This document shows positions 29,174 to 39,111 of a DNA stretch of 64,000 nt, in pieces. The notes beneath the pieces were generated by a model, which saw only the letters and a list, made by a program, of their open reading frames with translations, did not search any database and was not told where the DNA came from. Location of the stretch: NCBI GenBank assembly GCA_043800705.1, contig JAZDMS010000024.1, positions 1 to 64,000 on the forward strand, given 5' to 3'. Every line of letters starts with the position of its first letter. The first letter of the stretch is position 1. This stretch comes from Candidatus Altiarchaeota archaeon (GTDB lineage Archaea; Altiarchaeota; Altiarchaeia; IMC4; SCGC-AAA252-I15). A program made the position numbers and the translations under genes.

Positions 29174-29596
29174 CTATTCTGCCTTGGCAAACTTCATCTT
29201 CTCGGGCTTGACCGTGACCGTCGGCAGCTGGATGGGGGCGGGCAGCTGGAGCTTCCGGCTCATGTCCAGGGCTTCGATGATGCTCTCCTGGATGACGGAA
29301 TTGGATATCTCCTTGATTGCCTCGTTCTTCAGCTCCACCTTGTCTTTCAGGTCGGAGTAGACGCTGTCCAGCTTCGGATGCTGGTACCAGAGGAAGCCTT
29401 CTAGGAATATCTCGCCCACTTCCGGAGCGTATTCGACCGAGTATTTGAAGTTGACGAGCAGATAGTCGCCTATCCTCTTGTCTTTGTCCTTCTTGACGGA
29501 CAGGATAGTGGAATTGGCCTTTATCTCTATGCTTTTAACGTTCCTGTCCCTTCTTGATCCGCTGATCTTGTTCAGCTTGAAATTCAAAACCGTCAT
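29174..29596 (-). CDS. Conserved archaeal hypothetical protein
   Basis: 140 aa; F.Y.VEY.P..GEI.LEG and LP.PIQLP pattern typical of an archaeal family; host codon usage. Confidence 0.75.
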   Translation of the reverse strand: MTVLNFKLNKISGSRRDRNVKSIEIKANSTILSVKKDKDKRIGDYLLVNFKYSVEYAPEVGEIFLEGFLWYQHPKLDSVYSDLKDKVELKNEAIKEISNSVIQESIIEALDMSRKLQLPAPIQLPTVTVKPEKMKFAKAE

Positions 29597-29630
29597 CGTA
29601 CAACCTTATATGCAACCATTGTTTAAAAGC

Positions 29631-30344
29631 CTAAGCTGGAATGGGACGTATGTATATTTCCCCGAACAGCTGCTCCTGAGACAATGAGACCCTCTGGCCG
29701 TTGGAAAGGTGCAGGAGGCTTATGAATGTGTGCAGGATCTCGTCCTTGGTCTTGGCGATGTCGCTGAAAAGCGCCACCTCCTTCCCGGCCAGGATGCCCA
29801 TCACCTTGGCATAGGTCTCCTCGATGACCTCCATCATGTTGACCTCAGGCTCGAGGACGAGCTCGGTCGGCGCGTCGCTCTCCCGCAGTTTTCTGCTCGC
29901 CCGAAGCGCTGCGGTCTCGACCCGCTTGGTCTTCTCAGCCAACGCGTCCTGTATCGCCTGGATAAGCTCGTCGGCCGTCACCCTCCTCGTCAAAGACCTT
30001 GCAGGCTTGATCGAGATCGGATACGGCTCGACATCGCCGCCAAGCAATGCGGAAATCGGATAGTCGGAGTTGAATATGAAATTCAATGCTGAGCCCATAT
30101 CGGCGTAGTCCTCCTTCTTGGGGGTCAGTATGTCGGCCTTCATCCGAAGAAGGACGGAACAGACGAGGACGACGTTCGCCGGTATGCGGAAGTTCATCTC
30201 CCGCATCTCGTCGACCTTCCTCGAATAACGGCTCGCTAAGGTTAGAATATCGACGTTCCAGGGGTCCATCCCCTTGAGGACTCCGGTCAGTATGTCCCTC
30301 CAGGTCGCGTCATCCGAGCCCATCAATGCGTCTATGTCTTCCAT
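29631..30344 (-). CDS. scpA: Segregation/condensation protein ScpA (kleisin)
   Basis: MDPWNVDI, LLRMKAD, RRVTADELI.A, TFISLLHL, L.QEQLFGEIYI. Confidence 0.92.
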   Translation of the reverse strand: MEDIDALMGSDDATWRDILTGVLKGMDPWNVDILTLASRYSRKVDEMREMNFRIPANVVLVCSVLLRMKADILTPKKEDYADMGSALNFIFNSDYPISALLGGDVEPYPISIKPARSLTRRVTADELIQAIQDALAEKTKRVETAALRASRKLRESDAPTELVLEPEVNMMEVIEETYAKVMGILAGKEVALFSDIAKTKDEILHTFISLLHLSNGQRVSLSQEQLFGEIYIRPIPA

Positions 30345-30545
30345 GGCTAAAAACACACATAAGCCAACACACCCCGTAGTATAAGATATGGAAAATGGAG
30401 TATAAAAGAACCGCCGGATTTCCCGCAAAAACGCTGGTTTTTATTGGAAAACGATACTACACCCATAATCCCCGACACCGGCTACCCCAGCCGTATAAGG
30501 CTTTTATAATCGTCGGCGGCGATACATAACCTAGTACAGAGGTGA

Positions 30546-31538
<993 letters not shown>

Positions 31539-31542
31539 GCCC

Positions 31543-32592
31543 ATGGCAAAGACAGGCCTCGTCTACCACAGCGACTGCCTGAAGCACCTTCTCCTGGAGG
31601 GCAAACCAGAGACGCCGGAAAGGGTCTCGTCGACGATGGAGCATTTCAGGCAGACCGGACTCCTCGCCAGGCTAAGTCTTTTAACACCCGAGCCTGCGAC
31701 CCATGATGACCTGGAGCTCGTCCACACTGAGGAGCTGATCAACTACGTCAGAGACCTCTCCGATAACGGATACGACGAGAACTCCGTCATCAACGGCGAC
31801 ATCTACATCAGCCCAGACACATACAACTCCGCTCTCCTGGCCGCAGGCGGAGTCAAGATGGCCGCAAAGGCCGTCTGGAGCGGAGACGTGGAAAACTGCT
31901 TCGCGCTCGTGAGGCCTCCGGGCCACCATGCTAAGAGGAACCTGCCGGCTGGATTCTGCTTCTTCAACAACACGGCGGTCGCGATAAGGTGCCTTCAGCG
32001 CAATGAGGGGCTCGGGAGGATAGCTGTCTTCGACTGGGACGCCCATTGCGGAAACGGGACCATGGACATATTCTACGAAGACCCTGACGTCCTTACCATA
32101 TCTGTCCACCAGGACCCGAGGAACTTCTACCCGGGGGAAGGATTCGTGGAGCAGATCGGCGAGGGGGAAGGCAGGGGGTACTGCATGAACATCCCGGTCC
32201 CCGCGGGGTCCGGCGACGCAGACTACATCCGCATCCTCGAAGAATTCGCCCTGCCGAAGATCAGGCAATTCGATCCGGAGATTATTTTCGTGGCCGCAGG
32301 CCAGGACAGCCACGCAGACGACGGAATGTCTGGTTTGAGGCTGACAGACGACGGATACGCGGCGATGAGCTCGAAGCTGAGGGAACTGGCTCTGGAGATA
32401 TGCGACGGAATGCTGGTGCTAACCCTTGAGGGAGGCTACAACGTCGACACCCTGCCCCACACCCATGAGAGGATCGTATCCGCGCTGCTTGGAGAAAAAC
32501 CAGTTGAGATAAGGGGGAAAGCCCTCGAATCGACGAACACGGTCCTGCAACAGCTCAGGCAACAGCTCAAAGGCACTGAAATGGGCGACTAA
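31543..32592 (+). CDS. Histone deacetylase family amidohydrolase
   Basis: RPPGHHA, GFCFFNN, DWDAHCGNGT, AGQDSH.DD, LEGGY. Confidence 0.95.
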   Translation: MAKTGLVYHSDCLKHLLLEGKPETPERVSSTMEHFRQTGLLARLSLLTPEPATHDDLELVHTEELINYVRDLSDNGYDENSVINGDIYISPDTYNSALLAAGGVKMAAKAVWSGDVENCFALVRPPGHHAKRNLPAGFCFFNNTAVAIRCLQRNEGLGRIAVFDWDAHCGNGTMDIFYEDPDVLTISVHQDPRNFYPGEGFVEQIGEGEGRGYCMNIPVPAGSGDADYIRILEEFALPKIRQFDPEIIFVAAGQDSHADDGMSGLRLTDDGYAAMSSKLRELALEICDGMLVLTLEGGYNVDTLPHTHERIVSALLGEKPVEIRGKALESTNTVLQQLRQQLKGTEMGD

Positions 32593-32990
32593 AGAAGCCT
32601 CTTCACGTCTGCAACGATCTTGGCATGGTCGAATGCGAGCACCGGTTGCTTGCTGAGATCGAACCACCTGGCTTCCTTCGCGTCATCAGCGCCCTTGAGG
32701 GTCCCGTCCTTCTTCCGGCACAGAAATGCGACGCTGACCGTGTGGCCGCGCGGATCCCTCATCGGATCGCTAAAGACGCCGACGAGGGCTTTTACGTCGA
32801 CGTCGAGGCTGGTCTCCTCTCTCGCCTCCCGCACAACGGCAGCTTCGACAGTCTCCCCAACTTCGACAAAGCCGCCGGGGAGGGCCCAGCAGCCCTTGAA
32901 AGGTGGATTTAGCCGTTTTATCAAGACTATTCGCCCACCATCCACTATCGCCGCATCAACAGTAAGCTTCGGAGTCTCAACAGACAACAT
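32589..32990 (-). CDS. NUDIX hydrolase (ADP-ribose pyrophosphatase-like)
   Basis: WALPGGFVEVGETVEAAVVREAREET Nudix box; RDPRGH, LAFDH. Confidence 0.95.
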   Translation of the reverse strand: MLSVETPKLTVDAAIVDGGRIVLIKRLNPPFKGCWALPGGFVEVGETVEAAVVREAREETSLDVDVKALVGVFSDPMRDPRGHTVSVAFLCRKKDGTLKGADDAKEARWFDLSKQPVLAFDHAKIVADVKRLL

Positions 32991-33239
32991 ACAAACAGAT
33001 TATTCACAGACAAAGGTTAAAATCATAATAAGGCCACGAATTCCAGGGGGAATCGCCAGATAGAAAGAAGCAGGGAAAAAAATACAGATGGGTTCGCCCG
33101 GCCAAACCGTGGATTGGACTTCCGCCCCGAGGTCCTGAGCTTTTTTAGCCCACCGTCCAGTAAATGAACAGGGCCATAGCTTCTCGCCTCACGTGAGGAA
33201 AAAGCACAGTGTAGGCGAACCGAGCTCCCACACCAGGGC

Positions 33240-33770
33240 ATGGACAGATCGATACTCGTCACGGGCGTGCCAGGTTCCGGAAAATCGGAGGTATGCGAGG
33301 AATTGAAGAGGCTCGGCCACAACGCATTCGACATCGACTTAATTCCTGAGATGCGTTTGGTAGTCGACAAATCCACGGGGAGGATATCTGCCGCCTACGA
33401 CAACAGGAACCTTGCATCGGTTAAACAGCGTTCCTTCCTCTGCGATAAAACGAGGCTGCACGATTTCATCAACAGGAATGGGCGGAGCATGGTGTTCTAC
33501 TGCGGAAACGCATCGAACATCGATGAGCTTCTGTCCCTGTTCGACGCGACATTGCTGTTGAAGGCGAGCGAAAGCGTCCTCCTTGAAAGGCTGAAGACAC
33601 GAACGTCCAACAACTTCGCTCGCTCTCCCGAAATCCAGGAATGGATACTCGGCTGGAAAAAAAGTTGGGAGGACAGGTTAATTGAAAAGGGGGCAGTAGC
33701 CGTCGACGCGGACCGCAGCATCCATGAAGTGGCCTCCGACGTAGTCGAGAAGGGCAGGTCACCAGGATAG
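33240..33770 (+). CDS. P-loop nucleotide/shikimate-kinase-like protein
   Basis: ILVTGVPGSGKS; ERLKTR lid motif; VDADR. Confidence 0.8.
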   Translation: MDRSILVTGVPGSGKSEVCEELKRLGHNAFDIDLIPEMRLVVDKSTGRISAAYDNRNLASVKQRSFLCDKTRLHDFINRNGRSMVFYCGNASNIDELLSLFDATLLLKASESVLLERLKTRTSNNFARSPEIQEWILGWKKSWEDRLIEKGAVAVDADRSIHEVASDVVEKGRSPG

Positions 33771-33827
33771 CCATGCGCTGAATTCAGGCACAAACGCCGC
33801 ATAGACGGTAGTCAACGCCGGGGATAA

Positions 33828-34188
33828 TGGGCCGAAGTCCCAGGTCTGCAGTCTTCGGTCTCCGACGAAGACTGAAGACAGCAGATTAAACAGTTAGCCC
33901 GCCCGAATTTTTTGAAGTCCCCAGTCTCCCGTCCCCGGTCATCTGCCCCCGGTCAAGCAATCGATGGAGACTGCAGACCGAGGACTGAAGACAGCGAACT
34001 GATGACTTGGAAAAAATAATGGACACGCCCGGATTCGAGAAATAAGCCACATGCTTTTTTACATCCTGGCGGGTGCGTGAATTCGACGTACAATCAGTCA
34101 ACACCGGCCCGCCCGGATTCTGCACAAGCTGCGACTTGTGTCATCCAGGCAGGTACATGAGACGAGACGCTAATGAAAAGATAAGAAT
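33828..34188. repeat. Array of tRNA-Val 3'-end relics separated by hairpin/heptamer cassettes
   Basis: Copies of TGGGCCCGCCCGGATTCGA at 34106-20 (15/15), 34020-38 (17/19), 33897-909 (12/13); inverted heptamer blocks at 33837-33890 and 33917-34007. Confidence 0.7.
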
Positions 34189-34263
34189 TGGGCCCGCCCG
34201 GATTCGAACCGGGGATTCCCGCCTCGTAAAGGCGATGTCATAACCGGACTAGACCACGAGCCC
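34189..34263 (-). tRNA. tRNA-Val(TAC)
   Basis: GGGCTCG/CGGGCCC acceptor stem, anticodon loop TTTACGA, T arm CCCGG-TTCGAAT-CCGGG; CCA not encoded. Confidence 0.96.
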
Positions 34264-34319
34264 TTTGAAGGGGTATTAGATAGGGTTTAAGGTTTTAATA
34301 AGGATATTATTTTAATCGG

Positions 34320-34542
34320 GGGTAAGCGAAGCGACACAGCCGACGCGATGCGTCGGGTGTGTGTCAGAGACGAAAAGTCTCTGCCACAATCCCCCTTTTC
34401 GCCAGCCTCCCCAAAACAGCTTTGCTGTTTTGGAGGCGCCAGTTGGCTATGAGCCAACTGAGCGTTTCTTTAGAAAAGGCTGCCGGGACTAGACCACGAG
34501 CCCTTTTTATCCTTCTCCCAGGGGATTATTGGGTTTTAATAA
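34320..34542. mobile_element. Hairpin-rich element followed by a duplicate of the tRNA-Val 5' end and promoter
   Basis: GGACTAGACCACGAGCCCTTT identical at 34246 and 34486; GGTTTTAATAA at 34291 and 34532; four to five perfect hairpins between. Confidence 0.6.
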
Positions 34543-34584
34543 TACAGCCGAAGGGTTTATATGCGTCCAATTATTGATCCCTGC

Positions 34585-35274
34585 TCATTCTTTGGGCAGC
34601 TGATCCAGTTCGTCGTGGCCGTCCTCAAGAGGGTACTCTTGTTTGTGTTTCCTCTTTGACGATATTGCGAAAAAGAGCAGTAATAGGACGACTATAACCA
34701 TGGCGATTATTCCGGGGATATTCAATCCCCCGTTTTGGCAGTCCGTGGGGCATCCGTCGGCCGTTTCCCCCGAGTCGCAGTTTCCGTTGCCACATGAGGA
34801 TATGGGCAGGGAAAGTGTTGTGATGGGCTGGGAATTCGTGGTCTGAGGCTGTAGGATCGGGGGGAGGGTTTCGTTCACTAGGTCGTTCAGGTCTGGGTAA
34901 GGACCTAGTTCCGGGTCGTTGAAGGATAGTGTAAGGGATTCCATGTCGCTTCCATCCGGCAGAATGCATACCGTACAGTCAGACCTGCTTATGACTTTGC
35001 ATACTTCCCGGTTATTGGTGAGGTATTTTGATTTATATCCTTTTAGTGAGCAGTAGTTGTACTTGATCCCGCATGTCCCTCTCGCAAAGTCGCCCATAGA
35101 GCACATGCTTCCGTCGGGCATGACACACATGCCCACAACGCCCCGGGGGGTAATGTTTTGGGCGTATTCGTATCCGAGCCTGCTGCAGTATTCGTTTGTC
35201 GGATGAATGACCGCAGATGCGGTTGCCGCAAAAAAGAGCAAAGAAACCAGCGATAAAACATATTTTGTCCTCAT
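34585..35274 (-). CDS. DUF333-like Cys-rich exported membrane-anchored protein
   Basis: Signal peptide; two YC...GY...C.(L/M)PDG repeats; CGNGNCDSGET..CP.DC; C-terminal TM helix followed by basic residues. Confidence 0.75.
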   Translation of the reverse strand: MRTKYVLSLVSLLFFAATASAVIHPTNEYCSRLGYEYAQNITPRGVVGMCVMPDGSMCSMGDFARGTCGIKYNYCSLKGYKSKYLTNNREVCKVISRSDCTVCILPDGSDMESLTLSFNDPELGPYPDLNDLVNETLPPILQPQTTNSQPITTLSLPISSCGNGNCDSGETADGCPTDCQNGGLNIPGIIAMVIVVLLLLFFAISSKRKHKQEYPLEDGHDELDQLPKE

Positions 35275-35302
35275 ATTTCATCCTCCTTATCTATTTTGGA
35301 TA

Positions 35303-36529
35303 TTAGGGGCATTCTGCGACACCGTCCACTTGCAGCCCATAATTCACCGCTTGCGTAACAGCAGAGGCCGGTAGGTGATATATGCCAGCATCCCCATAGC
35401 CTGCTCCCCAGCTGTTTTGGATGGTGAAGGTGCTTGTCGACGGATCGTATCCGACTATTACTACTGCGTGGCCGCATGGGGAATAGCCCGGCGCGCATGG
35501 ACCTGAGTATCCGTTATAGGTTCCGTCTCCGTCGTCCCAATCGTTGTAGTTCCAATTTAGGGATATGATTACTGGGCCTGATGAGAGGGCAGTTTGTATG
35601 GATGCGGAATTGTCAGCTACAGTATGGGCTCCTGTGACGTAGTATTTTGGGTCGCAGCCGGACGTGTCTATTGGGCAAGACGCAGTTGCGGGGTTAGACG
35701 AACCGACGCATGAATCTGTCACGAGGGCGCTTGTCGAACAGTCCATCTGTTGGGAAAGGACACTTGCGGTATTGGCTCCGGCTTGTAGGTTCCCGTTTAT
35801 CGAGCATGCCAATGCTGCCTCATTCAAAACGTTCGCTTGGCCGCAGTCGGAGTTTATGGCTGCGGTCACTGCAGCTTCTATCGCATGAGCGTAACACGTG
35901 CCGGTATTGTCCTGGTCCTGTATGCCATCAATACCGCTTGGGCAATTAAGCGAAGTGAGGGGTAGGGTAGTTGGGGGTGAAGTAGTAGACGTGGATGTGG
36001 TTGAGGGGGACGTAGTCGGAGGCGAAGTAGTGGGCGGAGAGGTCGTAGGTGGAGACGTAGTCGGAGGAGAAGTCGTTGGGGGGGAGGTAGTCGGAGGAGA
36101 AGTAGTGGGCGGAGAGGTGGTCGGCGGAGAAGTAGTCGGCGGAGAGGTCGTTGGGGGAGAGATAGTCGTTGGTGTAAATGGAAGAGTTGTCGAGGGAGGC
36201 GCCGGACCATTCGGGCAGTCTCCGATGAACAGGTTGAAGGGGGTCATCCCGGCGACGGCTACGACTATCTTGACGCAGATGATCCCTGTCAGGCCCATCA
36301 TGAGGTATTTTTTGGCAAGCAGCCTCTGTTTGCGGTCTTCAACCGCAGTTATGTAGGTTATCCCTCCGACGATAAAAAAGGCGAATGTTATGAGGGGGGC
36401 CACCTGGTCCACGAGTTTCATCAGGCAGGCGACTACATGCCTTGAGTCCGTCACGGGATTTCCAGTCAATGCGGAACATGCTGAGCCCAGCAAAATGACC
36501 AACAGAAGGGTAAACACCGGCCGATTCAC
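35303..36529 (-). CDS. Papain-like (C1) cysteine protease fused to an N-terminal TrbC/VirB2-pilin-like membrane domain
   Basis: DQDNTGTCYAHA (Gln/Cys), GHAVVIVGY (His), QNSWG (Asn); N-terminal TM-GGITY...RKQR..AKKY-TM; GTG start. Confidence 0.85.
   Translation of the reverse strand: MNRPVFTLLLVILLGSACSALTGNPVTDSRHVVACLMKLVDQVAPLITFAFFIVGGITYITAVEDRKQRLLAKKYLMMGLTGIICVKIVVAVAGMTPFNLFIGDCPNGPAPPSTTLPFTPTTISPPTTSPPTTSPPTTSPPTTSPPTTSPPTTSPPTTSPPTTSPPTTSPPTTSPSTTSTSTTSPPTTLPLTSLNCPSGIDGIQDQDNTGTCYAHAIEAAVTAAINSDCGQANVLNEAALACSINGNLQAGANTASVLSQQMDCSTSALVTDSCVGSSNPATASCPIDTSGCDPKYYVTGAHTVADNSASIQTALSSGPVIISLNWNYNDWDDGDGTYNGYSGPCAPGYSPCGHAVVIVGYDPSTSTFTIQNSWGAGYGDAGIYHLPASAVTQAVNYGLQVDGVAECP
35965..36173 (-). 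repeat. Coding 15-nt repeat, (PPTTS) x about 10 linker
   Basis: Synonymously diverged PPTTS codon repeats. Confidence 0.9.
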
Positions 36530-36596
36530 ATTAAATGATTATTTTCTGATTTAATAACCGCGTCACTAGGTCTTATCGGGCACCGGGGAAGTGAAG

Positions 36597-36622
36597 AACC
36601 CCGCAGCAGAGCTGCGAAGTAT
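36597..36622. repeat. REP-like palindrome
   Basis: AACCCCGCAGC-AGA-GCTGCGAAGTAT, hairpin with a 3-nt loop in the intergenic region. Confidence 0.4.
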
Positions 36623-36664
36623 GCTGTCTGAGCGAATCCTTGGAGCAGGCACACCAGAAGCAAC

Positions 36665-36676
36665 GGTTTTTATATA
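36665..36676 (+). promoter_or_regulatory. TATA box of the grpE-dnaK operon
   Basis: GGTTTTTATATA about 40 nt before the grpE ATG; the same 12-mer precedes tfe at about 59557. Confidence 0.6.
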
Positions 36677-36713
36677 CAGACAAACCTATAGTTTATCTCA
36701 ATTTTATTTTGGC

Positions 36714-37253
36714 ATGAAATCAGACAAATTGCAGGATAAGGGCGCCGAGAAGGAGCAGGATCCGGGCATTGGAGGCGACAACATAGAGAATCCGTTGGAT
36801 GCTGAAAAGTCAAAAACTGAGGAGTATAAGAGGCTCCTACAGAGGCTGCAGGCGGACTTCGAGAACCATCTCAAGCGCAGCGAGGCACAGCGGGCGGAGC
36901 TTGTCAGAAGCGCCAACAAGGACCTTATAATCAGGCTCCTTGAAGTAGTAGACACGATGGACGCGGCGCTCGCTGTGGAGTGCAAGGACGGAGACGAAAA
37001 GAGGATGCTTGACGGATTTAAAAAGGTCGGCGCCAAAATGTCGTCCGTGCTTTCCGCCGAAGGATTGGAAGACGTGGACACGACGGGAATGTTCGACCAC
37101 GGCATCCATGAGGCGGTCGATGTCGTGGAGGACGGATGCCGTCCGGACGGCTCGATCGTAGATGTAGTGCAGAAGGGGTACAAGCTAAACGGCACGCTAA
37201 TCCGTACGTCAAAGGTCATAGTTGTAAAAAATAGAGGTGATGCGAATGGCTAA
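36714..37253 (+). CDS. grpE: Nucleotide exchange factor GrpE
   Basis: [35 protein letters not shown]. Confidence 0.95.
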   Translation: MKSDKLQDKGAEKEQDPGIGGDNIENPLDAEKSKTEEYKRLLQRLQADFENHLKRSEAQRAELVRSANKDLIIRLLEVVDTMDAALAVECKDGDEKRMLDGFKKVGAKMSSVLSAEGLEDVDTTGMFDHGIHEAVDVVEDGCRPDGSIVDVVQKGYKLNGTLIRTSKVIVVKNRGDANG

Positions 37254-39108
37254 GGTAATCGGCATTGATTTGGGGACGAGCAACTCGGCGGCTGCGGCGA
37301 TGATCGCAGGCAGGCCGACAATTATTCCGAGCGCAGAGGGCACGAGCGTCGGGGGGAAATCATTCCCATCATATGTGGCGTTCACAGCCGACGGGCAGAG
37401 GCTCGTCGGGGAGCCTGCAAGAAGGCAGGCGGCCACGAATCCGGAGCGGACCATTCAGGCCATAAAGAGGAAGATGGGAACCGACCACAAGGTCAAGATA
37501 GGCGACAAGGAATACACTCCCCAGGAGATCTCCGCCTTCATACTCCAGAAGATAAAGCAGGACGCGGAGGCGTTCCTGGGGGATAAGGTAACTGACGCAG
37601 TCATCACGGTGCCGGCGTATTTCAACGACAACCAGAGGCAGGCGACGAAGGACGCGGGCAAGATCGCAGGCCTCGAAGTGAAGCGAATCATAAACGAGCC
37701 AACCGCCGCGGCTTTGGCCTACGGCCTGGACAAGCACGGCAAGGAGATGAAGATCGCCGTCCTGGACCTCGGAGGCGGGACGTTCGACGTGACCATCATG
37801 GATATGGGGGACCAGGTGTTCGAGGTCGTCTCCACCTCCGGTGACACGCAGCTTGGCGGCACGGACATGGACGCCAGGATAATCGACTGGATCGTGAAGG
37901 AGTTCAAGAAGGCGGAAGGCCTCGACCTGAGCAAGGACAAGAAGGCGATGCAGCGTGTCAGGGAGGCTGCGGAGAAGGCAAAGATCGAGCTTTCGTCCAC
38001 GACTACGACAGCGATCAACCTTCCGTTCATCACAATGGACAATGATGGCCCGAAGCACCTCGAGCTTAACATGACTAGGTCGAAGCTGGAGGAGCTCATA
38101 GACGACATCCTTCAGAGGCTTATCCCGCCGATGCAGAAGGCCATCGACGACGCCAAGATCGACCGCTCTGGAGTGCAGAAGATCATCCTCGTCGGGGGGC
38201 CGACGAGGATGCCCTGCGTCTATGAGGCGTTCAAGAGGTTCTTCAACAAGGAGCCCGAGAGGGGAGTCGACCCGATGGAGTGCGTCGCGATGGGCGCCGC
38301 CATACAGGCGGGCGTATTGGCGGGGGAGGTGAAGGACATACTCCTCCTGGACGTCACTCCCCTGTCGCTCGGCATCGAGACCCTCGGAGGCGTCTTTACG
38401 AAGCTGATCGAAAGGAACACAACCATACCGACTAAGAAGGGGCAGGTGTTCTCTACCGCCGCAGACAACCAGTCGACGGTCGAGGTCCATGTCCTGCAGG
38501 GCGAAAGGCAGATGGCGGAGGGCAACACTACCCTGGGCAGGTTCAGCCTGGTGGGGATACCGCCTGCGCCGAGGGGCATCCCGCAGATAGAGGTTACGTT
38601 CGACATAGACGCTAACGGCATCATGCACGTCTCTGCGAAGGACCTTGGCACCGGCAACCTGCAGAAAATAACCATTTCGGCGTCCAACAAGCTTGCTGAC
38701 AAAGAAGTCGAGAAGATGGTGAAGGACGCCGAGAAGTTCGCTGAGGACGACAAGAGGAGGAAGGAGACCGCTGACATGAGGAATGCAGGCGACTCCCTTG
38801 CCTACTCGGTCGAGAAGGCGATCAAGGAGCTCGGAGACAAGCTCGAAGATGACAAGAAGAATGTGGCCGAGAAGAAGCTGAAGGAGCTGAAGGAGGCGCT
38901 CAAAGGCCAGGACAACGAGAAGATCAGGAAGGCGACTGAGGAATTGTCCAAAAGCAGCCAGGAGCTGTTCACGAAGATGTACCAGGAGGCTGCGCAGAAG
39001 TACCAGCAGGAGCATCCGAGCGAAGGCGCCCCCAAGGGGGAAAATAAGGGCGAATCCAAAGGCAGCGACGACAACGTAGTGGACGCGGACTTTAAGGTCG
39101 ACAAGTAG
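37246..39108 (+). CDS. dnaK: Chaperone DnaK (Hsp70)
   Basis: [35 protein letters not shown]; GAGGTGA RBS. Confidence 0.98.
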   Translation: MAKVIGIDLGTSNSAAAAMIAGRPTIIPSAEGTSVGGKSFPSYVAFTADGQRLVGEPARRQAATNPERTIQAIKRKMGTDHKVKIGDKEYTPQEISAFILQKIKQDAEAFLGDKVTDAVITVPAYFNDNQRQATKDAGKIAGLEVKRIINEPTAAALAYGLDKHGKEMKIAVLDLGGGTFDVTIMDMGDQVFEVVSTSGDTQLGGTDMDARIIDWIVKEFKKAEGLDLSKDKKAMQRVREAAEKAKIELSSTTTTAINLPFITMDNDGPKHLELNMTRSKLEELIDDILQRLIPPMQKAIDDAKIDRSGVQKIILVGGPTRMPCVYEAFKRFFNKEPERGVDPMECVAMGAAIQAGVLAGEVKDILLLDVTPLSLGIETLGGVFTKLIERNTTIPTKKGQVFSTAADNQSTVEVHVLQGERQMAEGNTTLGRFSLVGIPPAPRGIPQIEVTFDIDANGIMHVSAKDLGTGNLQKITISASNKLADKEVEKMVKDAEKFAEDDKRRKETADMRNAGDSLAYSVEKAIKELGDKLEDDKKNVAEKKLKELKEALKGQDNEKIRKATEELSKSSQELFTKMYQEAAQKYQQEHPSEGAPKGENKGESKGSDDNVVDADFKVDK

Positions 39109-39111
39109 GAT

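Noticed and set aside
34486-34503. Split (trans-spliced) tRNA halves at the Val and Ile loci
   Set aside because: Intact tRNAs are adjacent, the fragments end in the D-loop, and no complementary leader or bulge-helix-bulge partner is evident.
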